Assembly: GCA_024277375.1 (NCBI GenBank)
Contig: JAJRVD010000027.1
Span: 19,063-83,062, forward strand
Source of the DNA: Candidatus Omnitrophota bacterium
GTDB taxonomy: Bacteria > Omnitrophota > Gorgyraeia > Tantalellales > Tantalellaceae
DNA: 64,000 bases
Reading direction: 5' to 3'
Every line of letters starts with the position of its first letter. Position 1 is the first letter of the stretch. Below, one piece after another: positions 1-8,871 of this stretch. A program made the translations under genes and the position numbers. The notes under the pieces were generated by a model. That model did not search any database. It was not told where the DNA came from and saw only the letters and a program-made list of their open reading frames with translations.

Positions 1-7
1 GCTTTTC

Positions 8-415
8 GTGATCGCGGTCATTTTGTTATTCTTTAAACGAAAAGACATAAAAATAACAGGAATTCTATTAATGGCTGCTCTTGCATGTTCTTATCAAGTA
101 GTGCATTTTCTTAAGATGTCTTTTTCGCGGCCTAGGCCATTTATTACTCTGGAGGCCGTGAACGTGCTAATTGAGCAAAAAGGTTTTTCATTTCCGTCAG
201 CACATGCCGCAATGGCTTTTACTGCAGCCGTAATATTGACTAAGTGTTTAAAAAAAGGGTATATATTTTTTGCAATAGCTGCAACAGTAGCGATTACAAG
301 GATTTATATAGGCGTGCATTATCCATCTGATGTAATCGTGGGGTCTCTCCTTGGATGCCTGATAGGGTATGCTCTTATCAATATTTCCAGTCGAAGTAGT
401 TTATACAACAAATAA
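8..415 (+). CDS. PAP2-family lipid phosphatase, 5'-partial (reading frame open to window start)
   Basis: All three PAP2 signature motifs are present: KMSFSRPRP (KX6RP), PSAH and TRIYIGVHYPSDV (SRX5HX3D-like). It is hydrophobic and membrane-embedded. The frame is open upstream of position 8, so the N-terminus is probably missing. Confidence 0.6.
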   Translation: MIAVILLFFKRKDIKITGILLMAALACSYQVVHFLKMSFSRPRPFITLEAVNVLIEQKGFSFPSAHAAMAFTAAVILTKCLKKGYIFFAIAATVAITRIYIGVHYPSDVIVGSLLGCLIGYALINISSRSSLYNK

Positions 416-493
416 TGATCATTATTTGAATTAGGTTGCTTGTATTCTAAGCTTTTGTTATAATAACAAAACAATTGTTAGGAGTAAGTAAGT

Positions 494-3400
494 ATGGATA
501 TGAAAGAACCCAGATCTAAAATAATAATCAAAGTTATATCTCTTTCGGTGAGTATTCTCATGCTCTGGCAGGGCCTAGTGTGGGCGAATCCTGAAATCTT
601 CTCAAAAAGTAAAACTACTTTGCAACCGCTTACTTTGCGTGCTCGTGGTGATTATAGTATTTGGTTCGTAAAATCCCTCTTGGTTTCCCTCGAGAAAACC
701 GAAAAAAATATCACTAATCAAAATTTCTCTCAGGTAGCCAATATTGTCAAATCTGAAATACGTGCGATGCTTGCGATAAAAACCGGCGAGGCGGAAACGC
801 ATGATTTCCATTCTAAGCTTTTTGCGCTATTTAGCGATATTGAGACACAGGAAAAGCATAGGTTTTACCGTAAGTTTTTTCTCATTGATATGGGAGTGTT
901 TTGCATAAGATATTATTTTTCGGAAGATGTCCGAGATCCAGGAGATCAATATCAGGTTATTTCTGATGAAAAAATAGGTCGGTATCTTTATAAACAGCTT
1001 TTGCTGAAAAGAGAATTTTCTGACGATGGTATTATCAAGAAAGAAGCTGCATACAGGCTTTATGAAGCGCTTGTAACCCATCCAAAAGAAGAACCGGTTC
1101 CTAAAAAAGAACAAGATACCATATTCTTTGATGGGGAAATGGTAAAAGCAATGGATACTGATCGATATTTAATCGAAGATGCGACTGTCTCTGATGCAGA
1201 AGTAATATCTGAAATGTATAGAAATAGTATAAATCTTGAAGATATGAGTCCTTCACGTTTGATTAAGATAATCAGCCAGGGGAAGATTGGTGAAAACCAG
1301 AATACTTATTTAAAAGTGTGTCGTGATCGTCAAAGCGGGAAAGTTGCCGGTTATATTTTTGCCATTGATGGGGAAAATGGACAGGGAAATGTCTACATAA
1401 AGCATTTAGTGATTTCAACATGGTACAGACGGCAGTACGTCGCCCAGACACTTCTTATGGATATGTGTAGGACGATGCAAACGAAAAGCTATGAGAGTTG
1501 TACTATACTCCCGATTTATCCCGCTGTTACGGATATAACTAAGTTCTTGGGGTTTAAATGGGATCGCAATATAGCGATGTTCAGGAAAACTTTTGAGGAA
1601 AATTCTTGGGATGGATGTATTGCCAGGGGAGATTCGGATGAGTTGTTTAAGCGGTTCGAGGATATGTTTAAGGTCAAAGGAACCATTAAACCTTTGAGGG
1701 ATTCCTTCCGGGATGGATTGTCAGAGGCAATTGATGAGATCAAGGCTAGACTTGAAAAAATGGAAGAGAGTATTCCCAGGAGGGACAATCAGTGGAGAGG
1801 GTCTATAAAAATAGCTAATGATGAGATCGAGAAGATCTTGAAAAACATAAGATCAGATCGGGTTGTAGAATTCAGGGGAATAGTGTTACCGTCCGACTAC
1901 TTAAATATAAAGCCGAAAGAATGGCTCCTAGGATTTAATACAATTGGACTTGATCTTGATGAAAAATACGAGCAAAAAGGAATGAGGGCTTTAAGGCAGA
2001 GGATAAACAAGTTAGTGCCTGGGGCGATCGGTCTTTCATCGCAGGTACTTGATATTATGGAGTCGCGTCCGGCTGGTAGTGTTGTTCAGGAGTTTCTTTT
2101 TCACGAAATTATTTGCCCAAGAATTGGACACCGATTGTCGAGAGTGTTCCAGGAGGAATTGTTTCCTGAAAACTACCAAAGGTTATGGACATCAGGAAAA
2201 GGCGGATACAAAGACGGAATCTTGGGGCATATGTTGAAAGAGGTTATAATCGATGAAAACAAGAAAACTAAAAAGAGAGATAGAGACAGAAAACAAAAGA
2301 GAGTAAAACGAGCTAAAAAAAAGTTATCCAAAGTTGAAGCAGGCGAAAAAAAACCAGTGCGGGAGAAGCCGGGGAACGGCATAGTATTGCGCAAAAAAAC
2401 GTCTCCGGCGAGGATAAAGTGGATAAAGAATAAGTTCTTTCCAAACGCAAAGGATGATCAATATGCCATCGGAGGGGCTCCTCTGTTTGAAGAAGCCATA
2501 TTTTATTATAGTTTCGCCGTTTCAGGGATCCACATGGCGAATCTCACAAATGTGTATTTCGCGGCGTTTTTGGTGGCTCTTAGAATTTTGTTTTATTTTT
2601 TGCATACGGATAAAGATAATAAAAAAACGGAACGCACTTGGTTTGAAAAATGTGGTATTCCATTTATCATGACGATAATAGGTGTGCTGGTTGTATTGGT
2701 GCCTTTTATTTATCCTGTTACCGCCGGTGCGGAAGCAACTTTTATTAAAAGTGCTACGGGAATGCTGATTTTTACGCATAGCCTTCTAAATTGTTTTGCT
2801 GTTAACGCGGGTTGGTCTCCGGCGAATGTATTGAATTTTTTTGGGCCGAAGATACCTGCGACTTCGAAAGATGTTTTAAGGTTTATGGAAAGGATTTTCG
2901 GAAAGTTTAAATTGAAAGGGAAGAATTTTTTAGAAATAGGATTTGTTGATAGAGAAGACTATGTTTCTGACCTGAGAGACGCGGGTGTTAATGTTACCAG
3001 GATAGAATCTGCGTCTTTGAGTGCGCACCTTTTTAAATTTAAAAAATATTCTTTTCAGACTGTATTTATGCATCAGATGCCGGGGGAGATGGCCGATGAG
3101 GTTAAAGTTGTGAAAACCTTTCGTGGTGTAGCGCGTATTATGGATATCCAGGGCCGTTTAGTGATTTTTGATGAAGAAATAAAAAAACACACAAGAAAAT
3201 CTATTGAGAAAGTCTTGTCTCAAGCCGGATTGCGGATAGAGTCTATGAGTAAATATCCGGGAGTATTAGTTGTTTGTAAGGATACTATGTTGGAATATCG
3301 AATGTGGAAGCTTTTGGAAAAGTGGTTGGATCTTCTGGAGAACGATGGATATGATATTGAAGAGGTATCCGATACCCTGCTTGAGCGCGAATATGGCCAT

Positions 3401-4876
3401 GCAATTACACATTATCTCCTGGGTAAAGTCCTCAATATCGTTCGAGATAAGGGTATGACACCATTTGCTGAAAAAATAATAGAATTTATACTTGTTGTTA
3501 ATAAATCCGTAAATGTTTCAGGGATGAGATTGTTTTTTAAATTTCTCAATTCCGCTAAGCCCGCCAAGGTCGAAATCGCTTCTTTCATCATAAAAGGAAT
3601 GGGGATGAAGGCTGTAAGCCACTTAGTGTCCGAAGGTTCAGGGAAGAAGAGTGAATATAAAAGAGATCTCTATTTGGGTTTGTTGGCTCATGTCGTCGCG
3701 GAGAATTTAAATGTAACGCGGTTGGCTGCATATTACAAAAAAGTTAAGCACCCTCGTAAAAAGAAGTTTTTTGTCGAGGCGATGGTAGCTGCCGGAGAGA
3801 AGCTTGTGAAAAAGATAAAGCACAAGAGAAAGGTCGCAAGTGAAATAATCATAACGACAGAAAGTTATAATGAAAAAATATATATGGAAGAATTCATGGG
3901 ATATTCAGGGGAACTATTGAATGATATCGCTGCGGAAAGAGATAGAGCCGCAAAGGTGCTAAAGCCGGGTGTGATACTAAAGCTTCAAAAATGGTTTGCG
4001 CCGCACATGTCACCGGAAAAGTACGCGGTTAAGAGGGCTCCGTGGATTGAGGAGGGTATATTCTTTATGTTGCCGGCCCTAGCCGCGGAAGGTATAAATT
4101 ATTGGGTCCGATGGGGAGGTTGGGGAACACTTGTTCTTATATCCCTTTCGAGGATATTATTATTTTTTCTGCACGAAGGTGCACGCGGTAACGCTCCACC
4201 GAAAGAGTATATTGTTCCATTGATCGTTGCTGCTTTAGGTTTTGTGTATGCAATGCTTGTCCCACAGGTTGCTCTCTCCGGTGTTTTAAACATGTTTTTT
4301 ATCCTGACCCTTTTTTTTGCGATCGGATATACGCACTATAGTCTCAATAAATTCGCCCTCCATACAGGTATCCCCCCGGCGAGTATTGCTAAAAGTAACA
4401 GTAGACACAAAACTTCCTATCTTGTGTTATGTTTAGAGGATGTTGTCAAGGGGAGCAAAGGCAAAGAGAGGCAAGTATTAAGTATTAACGGGGCAGTGTC
4501 AGAAGAAGATATATATTCATTGCTTCAGAAAGGAATTTTTGTGACAAATGTGAAATTAAGCCAAATAGATGACCCTGATTCGGAGCTATTGAGAAATGGT
4601 TATTTTGATGTTACGGTTATAAAGGATTTTGGTGAGGCAAACAATAGGAGGGGCGAAGTATGGAAATATATTTTCCAAAGTCTCAAGCCTTCGGGGTTGG
4701 TAGTTGTTACAGATAAGCAGATCTTTGATGAAAGCGTTGCTGATGAGACATTAGATCTATCAGCTCTTGTTGCTAAGTTGTATAATTCGTCGTCAAAAGT
4801 TTGGCTTATCAAGAAGAAGCGAAGTTTTTCAAGCAGAGAAATACGGAATATTGATGAGGAGTTGTATCGCTTGTAG
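494..4876 (+). CDS. Giant (1460 aa) secreted/polytopic membrane multi-domain protein of unknown function
   Basis: A 4.4-kb uninterrupted ORF with an AGGAG-like RBS before the ATG and an N-terminal signal/TM segment. A GNAT acetyltransferase-like core is visible (GYIFAIDGENGQGNVYIKHLVISTWYRRQYVAQTLLMD, about nt 1180-1560). A K/R-rich linker follows (KKTKKRDRDRKQKRVKRAKKKLSK, about nt 2264-2444). There are several TM helices. Two degenerate SAM-methyltransferase-like segments occur (FLEIGFVDRED...GRLVIFDEE near nt 2900-3280, and GYFDVTVIKDFGE...LKPSGLVVV near nt 4480-4760). Confidence 0.75.
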   Translation: MDMKEPRSKIIIKVISLSVSILMLWQGLVWANPEIFSKSKTTLQPLTLRARGDYSIWFVKSLLVSLEKTEKNITNQNFSQVANIVKSEIRAMLAIKTGEAETHDFHSKLFALFSDIETQEKHRFYRKFFLIDMGVFCIRYYFSEDVRDPGDQYQVISDEKIGRYLYKQLLLKREFSDDGIIKKEAAYRLYEALVTHPKEEPVPKKEQDTIFFDGEMVKAMDTDRYLIEDATVSDAEVISEMYRNSINLEDMSPSRLIKIISQGKIGENQNTYLKVCRDRQSGKVAGYIFAIDGENGQGNVYIKHLVISTWYRRQYVAQTLLMDMCRTMQTKSYESCTILPIYPAVTDITKFLGFKWDRNIAMFRKTFEENSWDGCIARGDSDELFKRFEDMFKVKGTIKPLRDSFRDGLSEAIDEIKARLEKMEESIPRRDNQWRGSIKIANDEIEKILKNIRSDRVVEFRGIVLPSDYLNIKPKEWLLGFNTIGLDLDEKYEQKGMRALRQRINKLVPGAIGLSSQVLDIMESRPAGSVVQEFLFHEIICPRIGHRLSRVFQEELFPENYQRLWTSGKGGYKDGILGHMLKEVIIDENKKTKKRDRDRKQKRVKRAKKKLSKVEAGEKKPVREKPGNGIVLRKKTSPARIKWIKNKFFPNAKDDQYAIGGAPLFEEAIFYYSFAVSGIHMANLTNVYFAAFLVALRILFYFLHTDKDNKKTERTWFEKCGIPFIMTIIGVLVVLVPFIYPVTAGAEATFIKSATGMLIFTHSLLNCFAVNAGWSPANVLNFFGPKIPATSKDVLRFMERIFGKFKLKGKNFLEIGFVDREDYVSDLRDAGVNVTRIESASLSAHLFKFKKYSFQTVFMHQMPGEMADEVKVVKTFRGVARIMDIQGRLVIFDEEIKKHTRKSIEKVLSQAGLRIESMSKYPGVLVVCKDTMLEYRMWKLLEKWLDLLENDGYDIEEVSDTLLEREYGHAITHYLLGKVLNIVRDKGMTPFAEKIIEFILVVNKSVNVSGMRLFFKFLNSAKPAKVEIASFIIKGMGMKAVSHLVSEGSGKKSEYKRDLYLGLLAHVVAENLNVTRLAAYYKKVKHPRKKKFFVEAMVAAGEKLVKKIKHKRKVASEIIITTESYNEKIYMEEFMGYSGELLNDIAAERDRAAKVLKPGVILKLQKWFAPHMSPEKYAVKRAPWIEEGIFFMLPALAAEGINYWVRWGGWGTLVLISLSRILLFFLHEGARGNAPPKEYIVPLIVAALGFVYAMLVPQVALSGVLNMFFILTLFFAIGYTHYSLNKFALHTGIPPASIAKSNSRHKTSYLVLCLEDVVKGSKGKERQVLSINGAVSEEDIYSLLQKGIFVTNVKLSQIDDPDSELLRNGYFDVTVIKDFGEANNRRGEVWKYIFQSLKPSGLVVVTDKQIFDESVADETLDLSALVAKLYNSSSKVWLIKKKRSFSSREIRNIDEELYRL

Positions 4877-4921
4877 AACGGATTAATAAATAAAGAACAA
4901 GCGTGCGACCGTTTTAAAGAT

Positions 4922-5728
4922 ATGGACAATAATTCTGCTGTAACATTTCATTTGATCAAAAGAGTAAAAAAAATATATGCCAAAAAAAATCATGTCATGG
5001 CGGGAATGATTGGAGATATTATTTATGAGCTAAATCATCGATCCGCTTCGGATGGAATATCGTTAATACCATACTTGTTCGATACTGGAGACCCTGTGGC
5101 AACGTTTGTGGGTAGGAAAATTTTGAGAAAAATAGGGAAAAACAGTTTTCATGCACTTATAAACTACGGAGTTAGTGATGGTAGTGGCACTGGAGGCGAG
5201 GTGTGCGGTGAGATTCTTACGGAGCTGATAAGGGAAAATATGGGGATAGGATACGTAGTTGCTATTTACAAGAAGTATTCCGAAAGCGACAAAAGTAGCG
5301 ATTTGGTCAAAAGAATGTTCATTGTCAAAGCGGTATCAGATTCGGGGCAGCAAGGACAGATGCAAGTAAGAAATTTCAAAAAACGAATGAAGGACAAAAT
5401 AAAAAAAGCGCCTTCGAAGATCGGAAAAAGTTCATTGAGAGCGGAACGAGAAGTTGTCAGTATGTTGCTAAGGGATGTAGAGAACTATAGTGCGAGCCAT
5501 AGTTCTCAAAACCGCTTAAGAGACAAGGATTTATCCAAAGAACCCGATGAAAAGATCGCGAAAACGAAAGCGGATAGCATGATGAGTATGTTGATCTCTT
5601 CTGTGAAGCTTAATCGGGGAGTTAAGGTATTGGTGTTTGATCTTGGCGCCGGCAATGGCGAGATGAAAAATACAGTAATGAGTATTGTAGAAACGGATAT
5701 AGCGCGGGTAAAAGAAAATGATATATAG
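4922..5728 (+). CDS. Hypothetical protein (268 aa), co-oriented with and tightly following the giant ORF
   Basis: The ORF follows the upstream giant ORF after a 45-nt gap. No recognisable motif. Its stop (TAG) directly abuts the next ATG. Confidence 0.45.
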   Translation: MDNNSAVTFHLIKRVKKIYAKKNHVMAGMIGDIIYELNHRSASDGISLIPYLFDTGDPVATFVGRKILRKIGKNSFHALINYGVSDGSGTGGEVCGEILTELIRENMGIGYVVAIYKKYSESDKSSDLVKRMFIVKAVSDSGQQGQMQVRNFKKRMKDKIKKAPSKIGKSSLRAEREVVSMLLRDVENYSASHSSQNRLRDKDLSKEPDEKIAKTKADSMMSMLISSVKLNRGVKVLVFDLGAGNGEMKNTVMSIVETDIARVKENDI

Positions 5729-6607
5729 ATGGGGGAAGCTTTAGGAAATATGGATATAATTGTAGGCGTTGGTAAAAGTCTTGCGAAGAAGGCAATGAAG
5801 ATCTCAACTTTAAATGGAGGGAATATAAGTCCTGAAGCTATGGAGATCATTGCCGGCGAACAAAACAGAAGACATTACATTCATTTTATAAACAAAGCTG
5901 CGGTAACTTTTGTAGATAAGGATGAACTTCTCCGAGACGCTAAGGGCAAATACGAATTTGACGAGAAAAGAGCAAAAAGATTAGCAGACAATGTTGTGGG
6001 GGCATTAATTGTCGCTGCTGAAAATAAGGAAAAGCCATTGGAAGCGTTGATATTTGATCTGGAGCTTGGCAAAGGAAAGATGAGAAAGATCATAAGGGGG
6101 ATGGTTGAAGATGGCATAGTGAAGATAAAAAAGAACAATAAGGAGTTAGGTATATTTTTAGAAGGCGTCGAAATATTTTTTGGAGAGGGGGAAGTTTTTG
6201 CCAAAAGGATGGTAAACATTACGACCTTGGGCAAAGGCGTAAGAGATCCTGAGGGTCTTATAGTTATTTCTAATGACAAAAACAAAGAATATTATGCGGA
6301 GCTTATCAACAAAGCGACAATGACATTTGTTAACGATAGCGATCTTGCCGAGGATGATTTTGTGTGCCTGCCGGCTATTTTACTGTGTACTTTGGGTAAA
6401 TATCTAAATTGGCCGGTTGAAGATCTGATTAAGCATTACAAGAATATTCCAAATGCCAAAAAATATAGCGATGATTTTTATAAGAAATTATTTTCACCTA
6501 AGAATAAGACGTTATTGATTAAGCTTATACCAGGCGCGGCAAAAATAGATTTTAACAAGTCTGATGATCTAGTAGATGCTTGGGTAAGGATATTAAAGAG
6601 CGCGTAG
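5729..6607 (+). CDS. Hypothetical protein (292 aa) with an internal duplicated motif
   Basis: The ATG immediately follows the TAG of the upstream ORF, which suggests an operon. An internal repeat is present: HYIHFINKAAVTFVDKDEL (about nt 5873-5930) and EYYAELINKATMTFVNDSDL (about nt 6290-6350). No known domain is recognised. Confidence 0.45.
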   Translation: MGEALGNMDIIVGVGKSLAKKAMKISTLNGGNISPEAMEIIAGEQNRRHYIHFINKAAVTFVDKDELLRDAKGKYEFDEKRAKRLADNVVGALIVAAENKEKPLEALIFDLELGKGKMRKIIRGMVEDGIVKIKKNNKELGIFLEGVEIFFGEGEVFAKRMVNITTLGKGVRDPEGLIVISNDKNKEYYAELINKATMTFVNDSDLAEDDFVCLPAILLCTLGKYLNWPVEDLIKHYKNIPNAKKYSDDFYKKLFSPKNKTLLIKLIPGAAKIDFNKSDDLVDAWVRILKSA

Positions 6608-6621
6608 AGGCCGCTCCTACG
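6604..6621 (+). repeat. Partial copy of REP family B (AGGCCGCTCCTACG core)
   Basis: gtagaggccgctcctacg matches the core of the REP sequences that flank the RAYT gene at 55965-56526. It lies at the 3' end of pabB. Confidence 0.5.
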
Positions 6622-6622
6622 A

Positions 6623-8035
6623 TTATTTAGATAGGCTGTCTATGAGCGCGCGCGCCTTTACGAGAGTTTCTTCATATTCCAGCTCGGGGTCACTGTCGGC
6701 GACAATACCGCCACCCGCGGCGAAATATACTTCGGTCCCTTTTACTACCATTGTGCGGATAGCGATATTAAGGTCCATAGTATCATGGAAACTTATGTAG
6801 CCTATAGAGCCTGTGTAGATGCCCCTTTGTGTAGGTTCCAACTCATCCAGTATTTCCATAGCTCTTATTTTAGGGCAACCTGTTATTGACCCTCCGGGAA
6901 AAGCGGCTTTTATTACCTCCACCAGGCTTGAAGTTTTATTTTGCTCTCCTTGTATAACGGATATTGCCTGAAATACGGTAGGATATGTTTCGATCCTTCT
7001 GGATTCGACAACTCTGATCGATCCTGGTACGCAGACCCGGCCGAGATCGTTCCTCTCGAGGTCCGTTATCATGGATAGTTCCGCTGTATCTTTAGTGCTC
7101 GTGTCTAATTCAAGCTTAAGAGCTTTGTCTTCCTGGGGATTGCCTCCACGTCGGCGAGTTCCTTTCATGGGACGTGTCTCGATAGTGTTTTGGCGTTTTC
7201 TCAAAAAGAGTTCGGGGCTTGAGGAAATGATCTTAGAGTCTATAAAATTCAGATACGCGCTGAAGGGTGAGGGGTTTAATTTGTTTAGTTTTAAGTATAA
7301 ATCATATGGATCATGTGGCCATGTGGTTTTAAAGCGTTGAGAAAGACATGCCTGGTAGATGTCACCCGCGCGAATATGTTCGATAACGCTTTTTATGGCG
7401 TTGGTGTAGGATTTCTTGGTAAAATTTAATTCGATAGATCCTGATACTGATATTGGGGTCAGGTCTCCACATTTGACATTGTGAGGTCTTGTCGGAAGTG
7501 TCAAATGTGGAGACCTGACCCCAATATGCGCGACAGTGATCCGGCCAGGCTCTTGCCTGTCATAGATAAGGATCGTTCGGTAAAAAACAAAGTAGATATC
7601 GGGGAGGTCCAAGTCATCTTGCGCTTTTTGCGGCAGTATTTCCAGACGATCTTTAAGGTCATAGGACAGGTAGCCTATGCCTCCGGCGGTGAAAGGCAAG
7701 TTGGTCGTATTATTGGTTTTATAGTGTGTGAGTATGGACTCCAGGCATTTAAAAGGATCTTCCTGAATGCTGAAACTGTCCCTTTCAGTTCGAATGGTCA
7801 AGTTTGTGCCTTTGCCCTTAAAAGTGAGGAAGGGGTGCGTTCCGATAAAGGAATACCTGCCCGCATCTGTTTCAAGGGAGCTGTTCAGGAAAGAAGTGTC
7901 ATCTTGATCGGAGAAGTGAGAATAGAGATCCTCTATCGAACAGTTAATGGGGATTTGTTCGACAGTTGGGGTAGAGTTTATTTTTGGGAGATTTGATAAT
8001 AGTTCGCGGCCGGAGGCCGCTCCTGCGTTATTCAT
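6623..8035 (-). CDS. pabB: Aminodeoxychorismate synthase component I (PabB; chorismate-binding enzyme, TrpE/PabB family)
   Basis: C-terminal chorismate-utilising signatures are present: PGGSITGCPKIRAMEILDELEP, RGIYTGSIGY and AGGGIVADSDPELEYEETLVKA. These are near-identical in pattern to E. coli PabB. The 470-aa length fits. The first roughly 12 codons are encoded by a REP-B repeat, so the true start is uncertain. Confidence 0.8.
   Translation of the reverse strand: MNNAGAASGRELLSNLPKINSTPTVEQIPINCSIEDLYSHFSDQDDTSFLNSSLETDAGRYSFIGTHPFLTFKGKGTNLTIRTERDSFSIQEDPFKCLESILTHYKTNNTTNLPFTAGGIGYLSYDLKDRLEILPQKAQDDLDLPDIYFVFYRTILIYDRQEPGRITVAHIGVRSPHLTLPTRPHNVKCGDLTPISVSGSIELNFTKKSYTNAIKSVIEHIRAGDIYQACLSQRFKTTWPHDPYDLYLKLNKLNPSPFSAYLNFIDSKIISSSPELFLRKRQNTIETRPMKGTRRRGGNPQEDKALKLELDTSTKDTAELSMITDLERNDLGRVCVPGSIRVVESRRIETYPTVFQAISVIQGEQNKTSSLVEVIKAAFPGGSITGCPKIRAMEILDELEPTQRGIYTGSIGYISFHDTMDLNIAIRTMVVKGTEVYFAAGGGIVADSDPELEYEETLVKARALIDSLSK
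8002..8027 (-). repeat. REP family B copy (gttcgcggccggaggccgctcctgcg)
   Basis: A near-exact match to the REPs flanking the RAYT at 55965-55991 and 56501-56526. It contains the GCGGCC-GGAG-GCCGC hairpin. It overlaps the pabB start and the ispH stop. Confidence 0.7.
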
Positions 8036-8871
8036 GGCGCAATATTCCTAAGTTGTTTTACTATTTCTTTTGTAATGTAGTCAGGAGTGGAGGCGCCGGC
8101 CATTATACCAACTTTTTTTATGTTCTTGAACCATATGGGTTTAAGGTTTTTAGCGCACTCGATCCAATGGGTTTTATCATTTATGCTTTTTGATATCTGA
8201 TAGAGCCTTTTTGTGTTAGCGCTGGTTTTCGAGCCGATAATAAGAATAAGATCATTTTCTTTTGGCAGTGAGTTTATTTCTTCCTGTTTTACCTTTGTCG
8301 TTCGGCATGTTGTATCGTAAAGCTCAACGTCAGGTATTATTTTTACAAGACGTTGCATGATATTGTTTATATTTTCGATCGTCTGTGTAGATTGGGTAAC
8401 TACCGCAGCTTTTTTAATATGTCCCAGCTTTTCGCGTGAAATATCCCGCGGGGACTCGATCGTTATCGGTTTTTTCTTAAGCTGTCCGGCAATGCCCTTA
8501 ACTTCATCATGGTTATTGTCGCCGATTATAATGATCTTATGGTCTTTTTCTAATTTTTGCGCGATTTTGTATATGTCCTTCACCATAGGGCAAGTAGCAT
8601 CTTCGATCTTATAACCCGACGCTGAGGCTTTGTCGAATGTTACTTGCGGGGCGCCATGAGCCCTGATGATAAGAATAGCGTTTTTCGCGGGGCGTATACG
8701 TTGTATCTTTTTTATGCCTTTTTCTTCAAGTTCCCGGACGACAAAGCTGTTATGTACTATGTCGCCCAAGACATATACGGCTTTTTCCCCATCCGCGAGA
8801 TCCTTGCTAAGGTCTATCGCGCGTTTTACGCCGAAACAGAATCCTGAACTTTTGGCTATGTTTATTTTCAT
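8032..8871 (-). CDS. ispH: 4-hydroxy-3-methylbut-2-enyl diphosphate reductase (IspH/LytB)
   Basis: The N-terminus MKINIAKSSGFCFGVKRAI, the three conserved Cys contexts and the VVTQSTQ motif match IspH. At 279 aa it is typical of IspH. It overlaps pabB by ATGA. Confidence 0.9.
   Translation of the reverse strand: MKINIAKSSGFCFGVKRAIDLSKDLADGEKAVYVLGDIVHNSFVVRELEEKGIKKIQRIRPAKNAILIIRAHGAPQVTFDKASASGYKIEDATCPMVKDIYKIAQKLEKDHKIIIIGDNNHDEVKGIAGQLKKKPITIESPRDISREKLGHIKKAAVVTQSTQTIENINNIMQRLVKIIPDVELYDTTCRTTKVKQEEINSLPKENDLILIIGSKTSANTKRLYQISKSINDKTHWIECAKNLKPIWFKNIKKVGIMAGASTPDYITKEIVKQLRNIAP

Noticed and set aside
7481-7996. 171-aa plus-strand ORF inside pabB
   Set aside because: Antisense to pabB, which has strong chorismate-binding motifs. 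No motif support.
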